A stretch of 64,000 nucleotides of DNA from the human T2T-CHM13v2.0 reference genome, Homo sapiens. The translations under genes were made by a program, and so were the position numbers. How positions within the stretch are numbered: the stretch's first letter is position 1; the number at the start of each line of letters is the position of its first letter. The notes under the pieces are model-generated. The model did not search any database, had not been told where the DNA came from, and was given only the letters and a program-made list of their open reading frames with translations. Shown here one piece after another: positions 41,961 to 64,000 of this stretch. The DNA lies in assembly GCF_009914755.1 (NCBI RefSeq), contig NC_060926.1; one strand, given 5' to 3'.

Positions 41961-43565
41961 CTGCAGAAAGAGAAAAGACCATGAATACCCAAGAAGACCC
42001 AAAACAAAAATGCAGAAAGCTTTCCAGATGCTTTGGTCTCTGATCCAAGAATCTTATTACAAGGAGAGAGTAATCTGACCTAACAGACAGTGCCAGAGTG
42101 TGAGAGACATGGCTGTGTTTACTACAGATGTTTCTTTCAAAATCACCTTATACAGGCTAATGTCATTACACTGAATGTGAATCTTCATTAGACAAACCAA
42201 GGAAAAGTGTAACAAAATATTTTAATAGACACATCTGGGGAAAATAATATATAGTGATATGAATGTGTAAGGGTAAGACAATTCTAAAAAGTTTTAAACA
42301 ACAAAAAGTCCAAAAGTATTAAGTAGACACTTCACACACAAAAATGCAAGCAGCATATTTTTTTAAATTTCTGGCATCACTAGTAACTGAAGATTTTCAA
42401 CTTAAGACAGATATACCATATACATAAAACCAACAAAAATTCACTACAAATTAACAAGATCCAGTACCTCAGGGAAAGTGCACTTGCACGTTAGAGTGAG
42501 TGTTATAACCAACGAAGTAGTTATCGGAAGTCAGCAAAACAAATGAAAAATCCAGAAAGAAAAAAATTTTGTTCTAGAACTCTGGGCGATCCCACCTCCC
42601 TGTTTCATTTTTTAAACCATCTTCCCCTACAAGGAGGAAAGCAGTCTTTGAACAGATACTCTTCATCTTTATGAAATAAACATTGGGCCAACACAGTGAC
42701 TCACACCTGTAATCCCGGCACTTTGGGAGGCAAAGGCAGGAGGATCACTAGAGCCCAGGGAGTTCAAGACCAGCCTAGGAGACATAGGGAGACCCTGTCT
42801 CTAAGAAAAAAAAATTTTAATTAGCCAAGTGTGGTGGCGCATGCCTGTAGGCCTGGAAGCTGAGGTGGGAGGATCACTTGAGTCCAGGAAACAAAGGCTG
42901 CAGCAAGACATGATCACACCACTGTACTCCAGCCTGGGTAACACAGCAGGACCCTGTCTCAGGGAGAGGAAAGAAAAAAAAAAACCCTCCACTATGGAAA
43001 TGTTCTTGATTTGAGGTTAAACAGATGTGACAACTAAATATAATCCTATCTGTACTGAAGTGGAAAATGCTATAAAGGACATTGAGTCAACTGATAAAAC
43101 TGATAAATACAAACAGAGGACTACATGAAAGTGTTCCATCAGTGTTAAATTTACTAATTTCAATAATGGTATCATGATTAGTTAAGAAATACGGCATATG
43201 GCTAGTTTTAGGAAATACACACTGGAAGAATTTAGGAGTAAAGGACTATGATGTATGTAACTTACTCTTAAGTTGTTTGGGGAAAAAAACAATAAAGCCT
43301 CATAAAATACATTAAAGTATTCATATCCATTCCTCTATCTGATATTCCCAACAGTCCTGTGGGAGGGTAAAACTGATCTCATCCCCATGGGACAGATAAA
43401 GAAATTCTAAGTCAAATGTTTACCTAAATGCTATGCAATGTGGATGACAGGTAGATAGATGGATGTACTTAAGCCAATGTCACCTGAGTCAGATAAATGA
43501 TTCATGTAGACAGTAGCAATTGATATGCTAGGAGGCTCCAAATCTGGAGAGAAAAATTAACTCAC

Positions 43566-43615
43566 CTGAACATTGAAGAACTGCCGAGGTGTCACATCTG
43601 TGTAGGTTCCAAAAA
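43566..43615 (-). CDS. STARD7: STARD7 coding exon 3
   Basis: tctag| acceptor; (V)FGTYTDVTPRQFFNVQ; CAG|GTGAG donor; 50 nt. Confidence 0.96.
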
Positions 43616-43948
43616 CTAGAATGAAAAGAAAGAATAAGGGATGCTGGCCATACTCCAGTCACTCGCCTTGTTTCTTTCACCTAGCGGCGTTTCAGATCTA
43701 AAGTACTAAGAGATCTTAAAGGCAGGTTCAGAAACTAGAAGTCTTAGTAGAGCAACAAAGAAAGACAAAGAGGATGTAAGCAAAGACAACACTGAGACAT
43801 TTGTCATCTGGGAGAAGAAAAACAATAAACAAAAAACTACGGCAAATTTTCTGAGAAACAACCAGAACAGTTTAGAGAAGTATGAAGAACAGAAATCCCA
43901 TGCACCTGTGCAACTATGGAACCCAAAAGATAGCCACACTGGGCTCAC

Positions 43949-44157
43949 CTCGGTACTGGTAAAGGTGGGTGCCTGTAATTGGGCGCCGCCACAGCTTAAA
44001 GTGTTTCTTATCCATCACCATTTCCCAACGTTGCTCTTTGCCCTCTGAATCTTCATTCCCTTCTGTTTGGGCTTTTGGTTCTGGAGGGTGGTGCTGGACT
44101 CCAGAGCTCTGAAACATATTTGACATTTCTTCCAACCGCTTCATCTCATTAATAGAT
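43949..44157 (-). CDS. STARD7: STARD7 coding exon 2
   Basis: Acceptor ttccccttttacag-like tract ending cag|A; encodes SINEMKRLEEMSNMF...WRRPITGTHLYQYR; donor G|GTGAG; 209 nt, frame consistent with exon 1. Confidence 0.97.
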
Positions 44158-44444
44158 CTGTAAAGGGGAAAAAGAGCCATGGTGAGGTGGTTAGTCAGCC
44201 CTGTGAAATGAAGTGTCCACACAAAGGTCTGTGCAAGAAGGTTATACAGTAAACCACAGTATGTAGTATATAAACAGGACACAGTATAGTCAATAAAAAC
44301 TGAGTTCCTGAGTTTGAATCTTAGTCCAACACTCACTAACTAGATTATTATTTAACCAGTTCCTATTTCTAAATCTATAAAATGGAAATAATAATAGTAC
44401 CTATCTCGAGGTTGGCTATAAAGATTACAAAGTGTCAAGTGCTG

Positions 44445-46042
<1,598 letters not shown>

Positions 46043-46074
46043 GTGTTTGTTATCTGGCACGTAAGTAGCCCTCA

Positions 46075-53206
<7,132 letters not shown>

Positions 53207-55126
53207 TCAATTAGCTCATTGCAGTTCTAGGGCAACTAGTTAATGGTAAAATAATGAAGACAACCTCAAAAAATTGAGATCTAATTTTATGTAGCTCTGA
53301 AGATCTAACAAGGGGTTTAAGGGTTTACCAGTAAGATACCCTGAAGTGACAATGGCCAAAAAAAAAAAAAAAAGTTCCTTTAAGGCAAAAGGACTTTATG
53401 CGGATCATTTATCTAGTCAATAACACACTGAAGTTTAACATATCCCGAATGCCCTGAAAGACAGAAAAGAGAAAATGGCCAATTTTCTTTATGCAACTTT
53501 AATGGCACTTATTTACTCAAATTTCTGGAGCAATGAACTGTAACTTTTAAAAAACTATGAGGAGGTTAATGGAACATTTTCCCCTAGCCTTTCATTTCTT
53601 AACATCCTTCCTCTCTTTGTTCCTGTAACTTTTCTTTTTAACTGTTCCAAAGCAATCAAAAACATGACTACTGTATTTTTCCATTAGATTTGCCCTGGAA
53701 TCACAGAATGCCAGCTAGCACCAAAAACAGCAATCCCAAGATATTTTCGTTGTTTAATTTAAGACAACTGGGTACTAGAGCAAGTATTAAAAGATCTGAT
53801 TTCTACATCTGGCCACAGCAGCCAGTCAAAATCACTTCTCAAATTTTCTTGCTGTTGCTTGATTAATAAGACGCTATTTGGTAAGATGTTCTTAAGCACA
53901 AAAGACGAGAAGACAAGTTATGCTTTGTCATTCTGAATAGGACTCAAATAACATAAGGAAAACACATGCCACTTTAAGGCACACATTCAAAAAGACACCC
54001 TGCACATTCCACCCGCTTAACCAAAACAGCTATGTTAGAATTAGTTTGTGCCAGGACAAGTTGGTACAGAATCAGCACAGATGAGCCAAAGGCTGTGATT
54101 TAGGGGCCATGTGACAATCATGCTCTTTTTCCATTAACAATGAAAGAAATGCACTTGAGACACACTCCAACTGTGCTCCATTATGGAAGCTACCCAAAAA
54201 TCATCTCACTAGAACAAACGAAATCCAAGATGTTCTAAGCTAGCTATGACAACCTCAGCAGTGCCTACTTTCAAGCAAATAGAATACTTAAACACAAAGC
54301 AAATAAGTTAATCTGTACCCAGAATATTTTAATAAAATATAAACATGACAAGCTATCAAAACAAAGACCTAAGGAACCACTGTGCAACCAAGATGTAGTT
54401 GTTGAATAGCATATTTGCCTTCCTATCACATTAACAAATATTTTAAAAAGAAAAAAAATCCTCAAGATGAACAACATGATCAAATTTTAATTACATGAAA
54501 AACCAAATTCAAGCATGAACCAAACAATGAAATGTTAAATGAGGGCCTTTACTATAACAACCCTAAGAAGGGTCAAAGTGCAGCTTGAAAGTGTTCTGGA
54601 GTTCATCTGAACTCCTGAAATTCCAAAGCTGGTTAACTCAGAGCAGTCCCTCTTGAGGAGTTGGAGTAGAACCAAGAGTATTTCAATTGCCTCCAGGTTT
54701 CAGGGACAGTCTGACCAGAGGCTCAGTCATGAACTGGTCTGATCTCTCTGCCATGATAAATACTGACTAACTCAAATGCTTACTATGTTCATTTCCTATC
54801 TTTTTTCCCCACTAACTCCCCACTAACTCTGTTTAGCACTGCTAAACAGAGGCTCCAGGATCTATTAATATCATCCATAAAAATGCATAAAATAAGCCAA
54901 AGAGTGTCATCTACTACGTAAGCCCCAACACTATTCAACTCCCACCCCCAAACTCTCCTTTCCTCTCTTTTGTACCCAGTAGCCCTTTTCCTGGTCTTTC
55001 TCCTCTTACCCCAACAATTCCAACTGGAGATTTTCCTCTCAAACTTAACTGTGGAACAAGGATATTTCATCATCAAAACTGAAAATTCAAAGTTAATGAT
55101 AATTTTTCAACTTAAAAGTGGAACAC

Positions 55127-55474
<348 letters not shown>

Positions 55475-56752
55475 TTAATGATAATTTGTCAACTTAGAAG
55501 TTTTCTTCCTATTCTTTTATTTCCCACACCCAAGAGACTGTGATTATAACCAATGGCCAAGTAGCAAAAGAATACTAATAGGAACTAGGCAAAATACCTA
55601 TCACGCTTTGATAGCTTAACTTTTTTGTGAATAAGGTTGTTTGTGGTTATTATTTTAAGTTGCATTTATAAAAGTTATCTTTCCTGCTAGGAAAAGTATT
55701 CCCAGTTCTTAAGATAGACTTGCATTTACCCACAATTCATAGTGTGGCACAAATAGCTGCCTGGCATCTGGGTGTTACACCTCCCACACAGGCCATGGTA
55801 TAAACTTTATTGGGGTATTTCCATTTTTAACCTAACAAAAAATGTGGAATAACAGGTTGTTTCCCTGTGGAGGAAATATCAAGAATAAACAGGCGAGTGT
55901 GGAATCTGCGGAGGGAGGGGATTGTCTCTGGTTCCCGAAATCACGGCAAAGTACTTTCTGTGCAGGGAGGGCACAGTTTAAGAATATCTGTTGCAAAGAA
56001 AATACAGACACAAGGTAAACCAAAAACCAAAGCAAAGTTTCCCCATGACATTACCTGGAAACTACAGTCTCAGAACTACAGATTAACAAACGTAATCAAT
56101 GGTACTGGGCTTTTCACAGTTTTGATGACGACAGCATGACTTCAGAGTCTAATGGGACACTATTCCCAAAGTTCTAGTTAACGTCGCAAAAATCTGACCT
56201 AATTCTTACAGGTTCAAATGTCTGGGCTGCTGGTTTGTGTAACCTGGACAAAATCGCTTCCAGGCTCTCAATTTTGCCACGAGTCACGATGACAGAGGGC
56301 TCTCCTGGCTTTTCTCACAGGCCTGAGTCCCATCTGGATTGAAGTCATTTTGCAAATAGCAGCCCACCACCCTTAGGCCAAATTTAAAATTTGTTTTGAA
56401 TTTGCACCTTTCTGGTTGTGTTAAAGATTACAGATTACATGAACAAGGGCCTCCATGCCTTCGCTATCTAATTGATTTCTACAGTGTTGTTTCTTTACTG
56501 TCTTGCTCGCCCCACTCAAAGTCTCCCTCCTACACACCAGCCTACACACTTTCAGTTCTATTTTATAACCCGACAAATGCAAATTGACACACAGAGACAA
56601 ATAACAACGCGGTTTGCTGAAGCAGGTTCAATCGACTGTATTGCCAATTAAAAGACCACCGGGTAAACAAGGGCCAACGACCACAGGGCAGGCCCCAGGG
56701 TTCACAAGCCCCCCCACCCCACGGCCCAGAAAGAGCTCGCCGCAGCGCCCAC

Positions 56753-57042
56753 CTCTGCAACTCCTCCTCCTGGATCCTCTCCTCGTCCCAAACGAAGACG
56801 CCGGCTAACGCCGCCATCAAGGCAGAGGCATGGCCAGGACGGCCGTGCAGCCGGCGCCAGAGGCGGCCGAGGAGAACGCGGCGTGAGCTCTCGGAGTAGA
56901 GGCGGCCGTAGAGCTGCGCGATCTGCTGCGCGCGCCGCACGCGCAGGCCCGTGACGAAGCGGCACTGATTGGCCAGAAGCGCCAGCAGGCCCCCGCCCCG
57001 CGTCCCCGCCAGCCAGGCGGCCAGCAGCCTCCGCGGGAGCAT
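56753..57042 (-). CDS. STARD7: STARD7 coding exon 1 (mitochondrial targeting presequence and hydrophobic segment; aa 1-97)
   Basis: ATG at 57042-57040 gives MLPRRLLAAWLAGTRGGG...EEELQR, the recognisable STARD7 N-terminus; donor AG|GTGGG after 56753; 290 nt (phase 2). A second in-frame ATG (Met76) lies at 56817. Confidence 0.97.
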
Positions 57043-57049
57043 GCCGCCT

Positions 57050-57587
57050 CCCGCAGGGCCCGCCGCGAGCTTCCGGGGCCCAAGGAACCAGTCCGGAGGG
57101 GCGCAGGCGGTGGTCGCAGCGTCCCCCTAAATGGCCGGCCACGAACCCGTCTCACGGTCCCGCGGCCAGGAGCCGCCGCTCATCTGTCTCTGCAGCCACC
57201 GCTGAGGAAGAGTCTCCTCTGAGGGGAGAGTCGGTCATGGCAGCAGACGCCGGGATGGCTCCGCGACTGCTACACCAGGCACTCCTGGGCCCGGGCAGCA
57301 GACCAGTCAGCCCTGTGGCTCCTCGGCGACCTCCAGCGGGCGCCCGGGGCCGGGATGCAGGGCGCGCGGACAGAAACGAGACAGACAGCTCAGGCCCAGC
57401 AGCACGCAAGCTCCCGCGCCTTCCGCGACTGCCACACGCGCGGCGCGCGCGCACCCTACTTTTTCTCCGCCACCTGGGCCGTGATTGGGCGCGACCTGGG
57501 CTCCTGGGTGCTCATTGGCGCCGTGAAGTGCTCGTCACCGCCCCCTCCTGCCCCTTCATGCATGCGCGGAGGCCGCCTGCTAGCAAG
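57050..57587 (+). ncRNA. STARD7-AS1: STARD7-AS1 divergent lncRNA, probable first-exon region (boundaries uncertain)
   Basis: Existence from established annotation of the locus. The sequence shows a strong plus-strand donor AAG|GTAGGT at 57587/57588. The start position cannot be determined from sequence. Confidence 0.45.
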
Positions 57588-57835
57588 GTAGGTGGCTCGG
57601 CGGCGAGAGCCGTCAAGGGCGCATTGGAGAGTGACCCTCGGACCCGGCTGCCGCCGTCGCCGCCATCTTCCGGCCGTCCCAGCCCCGCCCCGCGGAGAAA
57701 CCTGGCCAGGTTCCTGTTAGAATCCTGCCAGGTGTTAACTTGTTTTAAGAGGCCGGCACGCTGGCCCCCTTCTTTATTAGAGTGCAGGGTGGGGGCGGGG
57801 CTCCGCATGTCTCTGCGGGGGCTGGGGGCTCCCAG

Positions 57836-58503
57836 TGATAACCGCCATTGCAGAATTAAAACTGAGACAGTGAAAGAGATCTGACCTAACCAATTCCATC
57901 TTGCTTCTGTCCTTGTTCATTCCTGAGCTTAGGTGAACTAATTTTGGGAGGAACTTAGTTTATAGTTTAAAATAAAGAGGATAACAGCCCTTTCCCAAAA
58001 CAAATCTTCTTATCTGGGAACTAGACTGCCTTTGTAGGACTAATAAGTTAGCCATAAGATTGGAAATTATGGTTTAGGAGTCATGCAGCTGGAGGCTACG
58101 ATATTGTGATCCCCCTAAACTGCTCTTAAGATCAGTGCTTGAGATATTTTGCTGACCCCGCACTGGTTGGATCCTGGCACCACCCAGATGGATAAACTGG
58201 CTCATCTGACCTTGTGGCCCCCACCCAGGAACCAACTCAGTGCAAGAGGACAGCTTCAATTCCCTATTATTTCATCTCGACCCAACCAGTCAACACTCTG
58301 GACTCACTGGCCTTCCCCCACCCACCAAATTATCCTTAAACACTCTGATCCCGGAATGCTAAGGGAGACTGATTGAGTAATGTTGAAACAAACTCCAGTC
58401 TCATAGTGGGCTCTGCGTGAATTACTCTTTATTGCAGTTCCCCTGTCTTGATAAATCGGCTCTGTCTAGGCAGTGGGCAAGGTGAACCCATTGTACGGTT
58501 ACA
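57836..58503 (+). mobile_element. 5' LTR (LTR8 family)
   Basis: TG...CA termini; GACAGTGAAAGAGATCTGACCTAACC...CCATCTTGCTTCT matches the recalled LTR8 consensus and is collinear with 60827 onward. Confidence 0.85.
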
Positions 58504-58507
58504 AATT

Positions 58508-58525
58508 TGGGGGTTCGTCTGGGAT
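58508..58525 (+). other. Primer-binding site complementary to tRNA-Pro
   Basis: TGGGGGTTCGTCTGGGAT versus canonical PBS-Pro TGGGGGCTCGTCCGGGAT (2 C>T changes), 4 nt after the LTR end. Confidence 0.88.
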
Positions 58526-59341
58526 ACCCCTTGTGGCTACCTGTCCATGGTTCGGTAGCCCCACCTCTGGTGACAGATCCAGAGGCCAGCCTAAGCGGCC
58601 ACATAGTTCTCTTGGACTAGGGGCTAACTCTGGCACCGTCTCTGCCAGTGGGGCACTGCTAGCCCAATATGCATGGACTTAATCGCAATGGAGAAATAGT
58701 CCTGGGGAGACATCCCATAACTGTAGCCCTGTCACAGGGTATCTGTAGCTCCATAGCGGGGCGCTGTAGCCAGGTCATGGAGTGTCTGTAGCTATAGCCC
58801 CATCATGGGGTGGCAGGTTGCTGAGTATCCTAGGTGCTGCCAGTGCCTCCTTCCTTCTCCGGACTGATTCTGTAGCCACATGGTGGGTGTCTGTAGCTCC
58901 ACCATGGGGTGTCTGTCTCAGTTTGGCTCCTGGGGCATCCCAGTTGGCTGTCCCTAACTAGGAAGAGTCTTGGTTCGGGAGACTTCTCAATCAGGAATAT
59001 TTCAGGGAGATTTGTCAGATGGAGAATAGGAGGATAGTTTGGAAGGGGTACTCTTGGAGTTCTTGGTTAGGGACCTTAATTTGGAAGGCCTTCTGTCTGT
59101 CTTGTCTTCGTGTGTGTGTTTGTATATATGGAGGGGATCTCTGAAGGAATTGCTGATGAAAATCCAGCAGGCCTAACTTGGAGAACACTCCTTATTTATC
59201 TAGTCACATTCAGTGAGCCCTGAAAGAAGTTTAACAGGCCTGATTCAGGGTGACTGCTCAGAGACCACCCATTGAATTCACGATTCAATGACCCACCGTG
59301 CCTGGCCTTAAAAGGATTTTTTCTTAGAAAAAAGAGCTCTA

Positions 59342-60240
<899 letters not shown>

Positions 60241-60826
60241 AAGCCTATGTGAAAAATAATTATTCTTGCTTCACTTTATGCAAATCATCAGGCCAAGTAC
60301 AATAAGACTGCGGTTTATTTTGTAAACAAATCAGTTCTATCATGATTTGTTTTTAGTAAAAATGGGAACTGGAGAGAGAAAAATTATGCTTCAGAAGAAA
60401 AACTGTGGTACACCTTTTGTTAACTGTTCTTAAGTTTTTTTCTGCAGTTTGAACTAAATCCTAAATTCTTTGTGGGCTACAAGTTCCCAGGCTAATGCTT
60501 TTAAATCTTTACTTTTAAAACTGGGAACTGCACTCCTTACCCTAGTACTCATTATTTCCCTTATAGTACACGGTTCCCTTAAACACAGTACGAAAACTAT
60601 AGGTGGCAATACTAATGCCTTTGCCATGCAAGCCTTCGAACCCCAGTCAGGCCTGCAGGAGTACACTCAGACAGTTGCAAAGTGGTTCCACTCCTCTCAC
60701 CTTGGAGTCAACACCTACCCCTCACTACACCCCTGGTTAGTAGGAAGAAGTTAAGGTCTTTGCCCTTTTTCCATCTTCATTAACAACACCTTAAGATAAA
60801 GGTGTTATAAACCCAAAGGGAGGGAT

Positions 60827-62121
<1,295 letters not shown>

Positions 62122-62176
62122 CCAGGATGGGGTAGGGGGCAGTAAAGACACCACTGGTGAAGGGGGACTCCTCAGG

Positions 62177-62228
62177 CCTTCGACGCCTGCCATCAAAACC
62201 TTCCTTCGACGCCTGCCATCAAAACCTT
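62177..62228. repeat. Perfect 26-bp tandem duplication
   Basis: CCTTCGACGCCTGCCATCAAAACCTT x2. Confidence 0.95.
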
Positions 62229-62926
62229 CCCCGGCCTCCCCTCCTGGCTCTCCCAGAAGCACCCCAAACATTCCTCTCTGCTAACTCCTCGGTCCAAGAA
62301 TGGACCCGTGTCACAGCCTGAGCGCCCAGGACAGTCCAGAGGGAGTCACATGGGCAGGTGGCCCGTCGCAGTCTGCAAATATGTCAGCCTTTTGGTAAAA
62401 GAGCAACAGAAGAGAGTTTGTTGGGGCAGATGCCCTAGGTCAAGTAGTAGCTGTCCCTCTCTTTTTGACCCAAAGGTGACAGTGTTGGAAGGTAAACAGA
62501 TTTACTCACCTGTGAGCAACCTGGCTAAATGATCTCAAAGTGTATTAAATTACTATTCTGTATCCAGCCTCATTAAAACAAAGCTGCTAAGTTGTTTCCT
62601 TACCCTTTTAAATCTTATATTTAAGCACCTTATTGACAGAAGAAAAAATATTATAAACTGTCTTGGTGTGAAATGGACTGCTGGTTCCAAGGCATTTAGG
62701 AATTTTACTGTAGCTAAAGAGTTATGCGATTTTAGACGTTCTTAATAAAAGTAACTGTTTCTCCAAAGAGAGATTATGCTTTCCTGGGAACCGAAATTTA
62801 GGTCTTTCCTATCCAGCCTGTCCGATTTTAGGTTGGATTAATGAGGTTTTATTTCATCTGGAAAGCAGTGAAGAAGAAATGTGTATGTAACAGAAAGTAG
62901 TATTTGACACCGTGTTTAGCCAGGGG

Positions 62927-63945
<1,019 letters not shown>

Positions 63946-64000
63946 CTATAAACCAAACGAATCCTCAGAAACTCCTGCTGAGCCTCTCTAATGCAGCCAT

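Larger units (their letters stand above)
56700..57830. promoter_or_regulatory. CpG island / bidirectional promoter of STARD7 and STARD7-AS1
   Basis: Very CpG-rich. YY1 consensus AAGATGGCGGC (minus, 57659-57669) overlaps ETS/GABP CCGGAAG (57667-57673). Minus-strand CCAAT boxes near 57484, 57514 and 57623; GC boxes near 57684 and 57792. No TATA box seen. Confidence 0.9.

Noticed and set aside
57237-57884. 215-aa plus-strand ORF over the promoter as a novel protein
   Set aside because: Long ORFs are expected in CpG islands; it is low-complexity Ala/Arg/Pro-rich, crosses a strong splice donor and ends in an LTR. Ribo-seq would be needed.
58508-58525. tRNA-Pro gene fragment
   Set aside because: Only the 18-nt complement of the tRNA 3' end next to an LTR, i.e. 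a primer-binding site.

Overview
This is Alu-dense primate, almost certainly human, genomic DNA from the STARD7 locus (2q11.2 from recalled knowledge; DUSP2 is expected just left of the window). The only protein-coding gene is STARD7 on the minus strand. Its 8 coding exons (57042 to 35337) have canonical GT-AG junctions and sum to 1113 nt = 370 aa + stop, followed by a ~1.9 kb 3'UTR. It has a CpG-island bidirectional promoter shared with STARD7-AS1, and intron 1 carries the (ATTTT)11 Alu-tail repeat known as the FAME2 expansion site, here at normal length. Directly upstream of the promoter is an internally deleted LTR8/HUERS-P1-like provirus (57836-62121; PBS-Pro, polypurine tract, CCAG target-site duplication). 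Its 5' LTR carries TCF and SF-1/NR5A motifs that appear to coincide with reported trophoblast regulatory sites of STARD7; this is the best candidate for an unrecognised ERV exaptation. Other oddities: a six-unit array of Alu 3' ends with microsatellite spacers (20800-21183), a tiny poly(A)-tailed LTR-fragment retrocopy at a serially reused target site, a nearly unmutated AluY inside a 67-bp tandem duplication, two uORFs, and a CR1 RT fossil. The first ~13 kb is GC-rich non-coding DNA with NF-kB/MEF2/AP-1 motifs. Repeat subfamily names are from recalled consensus sequences and repeat boundaries are approximate; no computation or database search was run.
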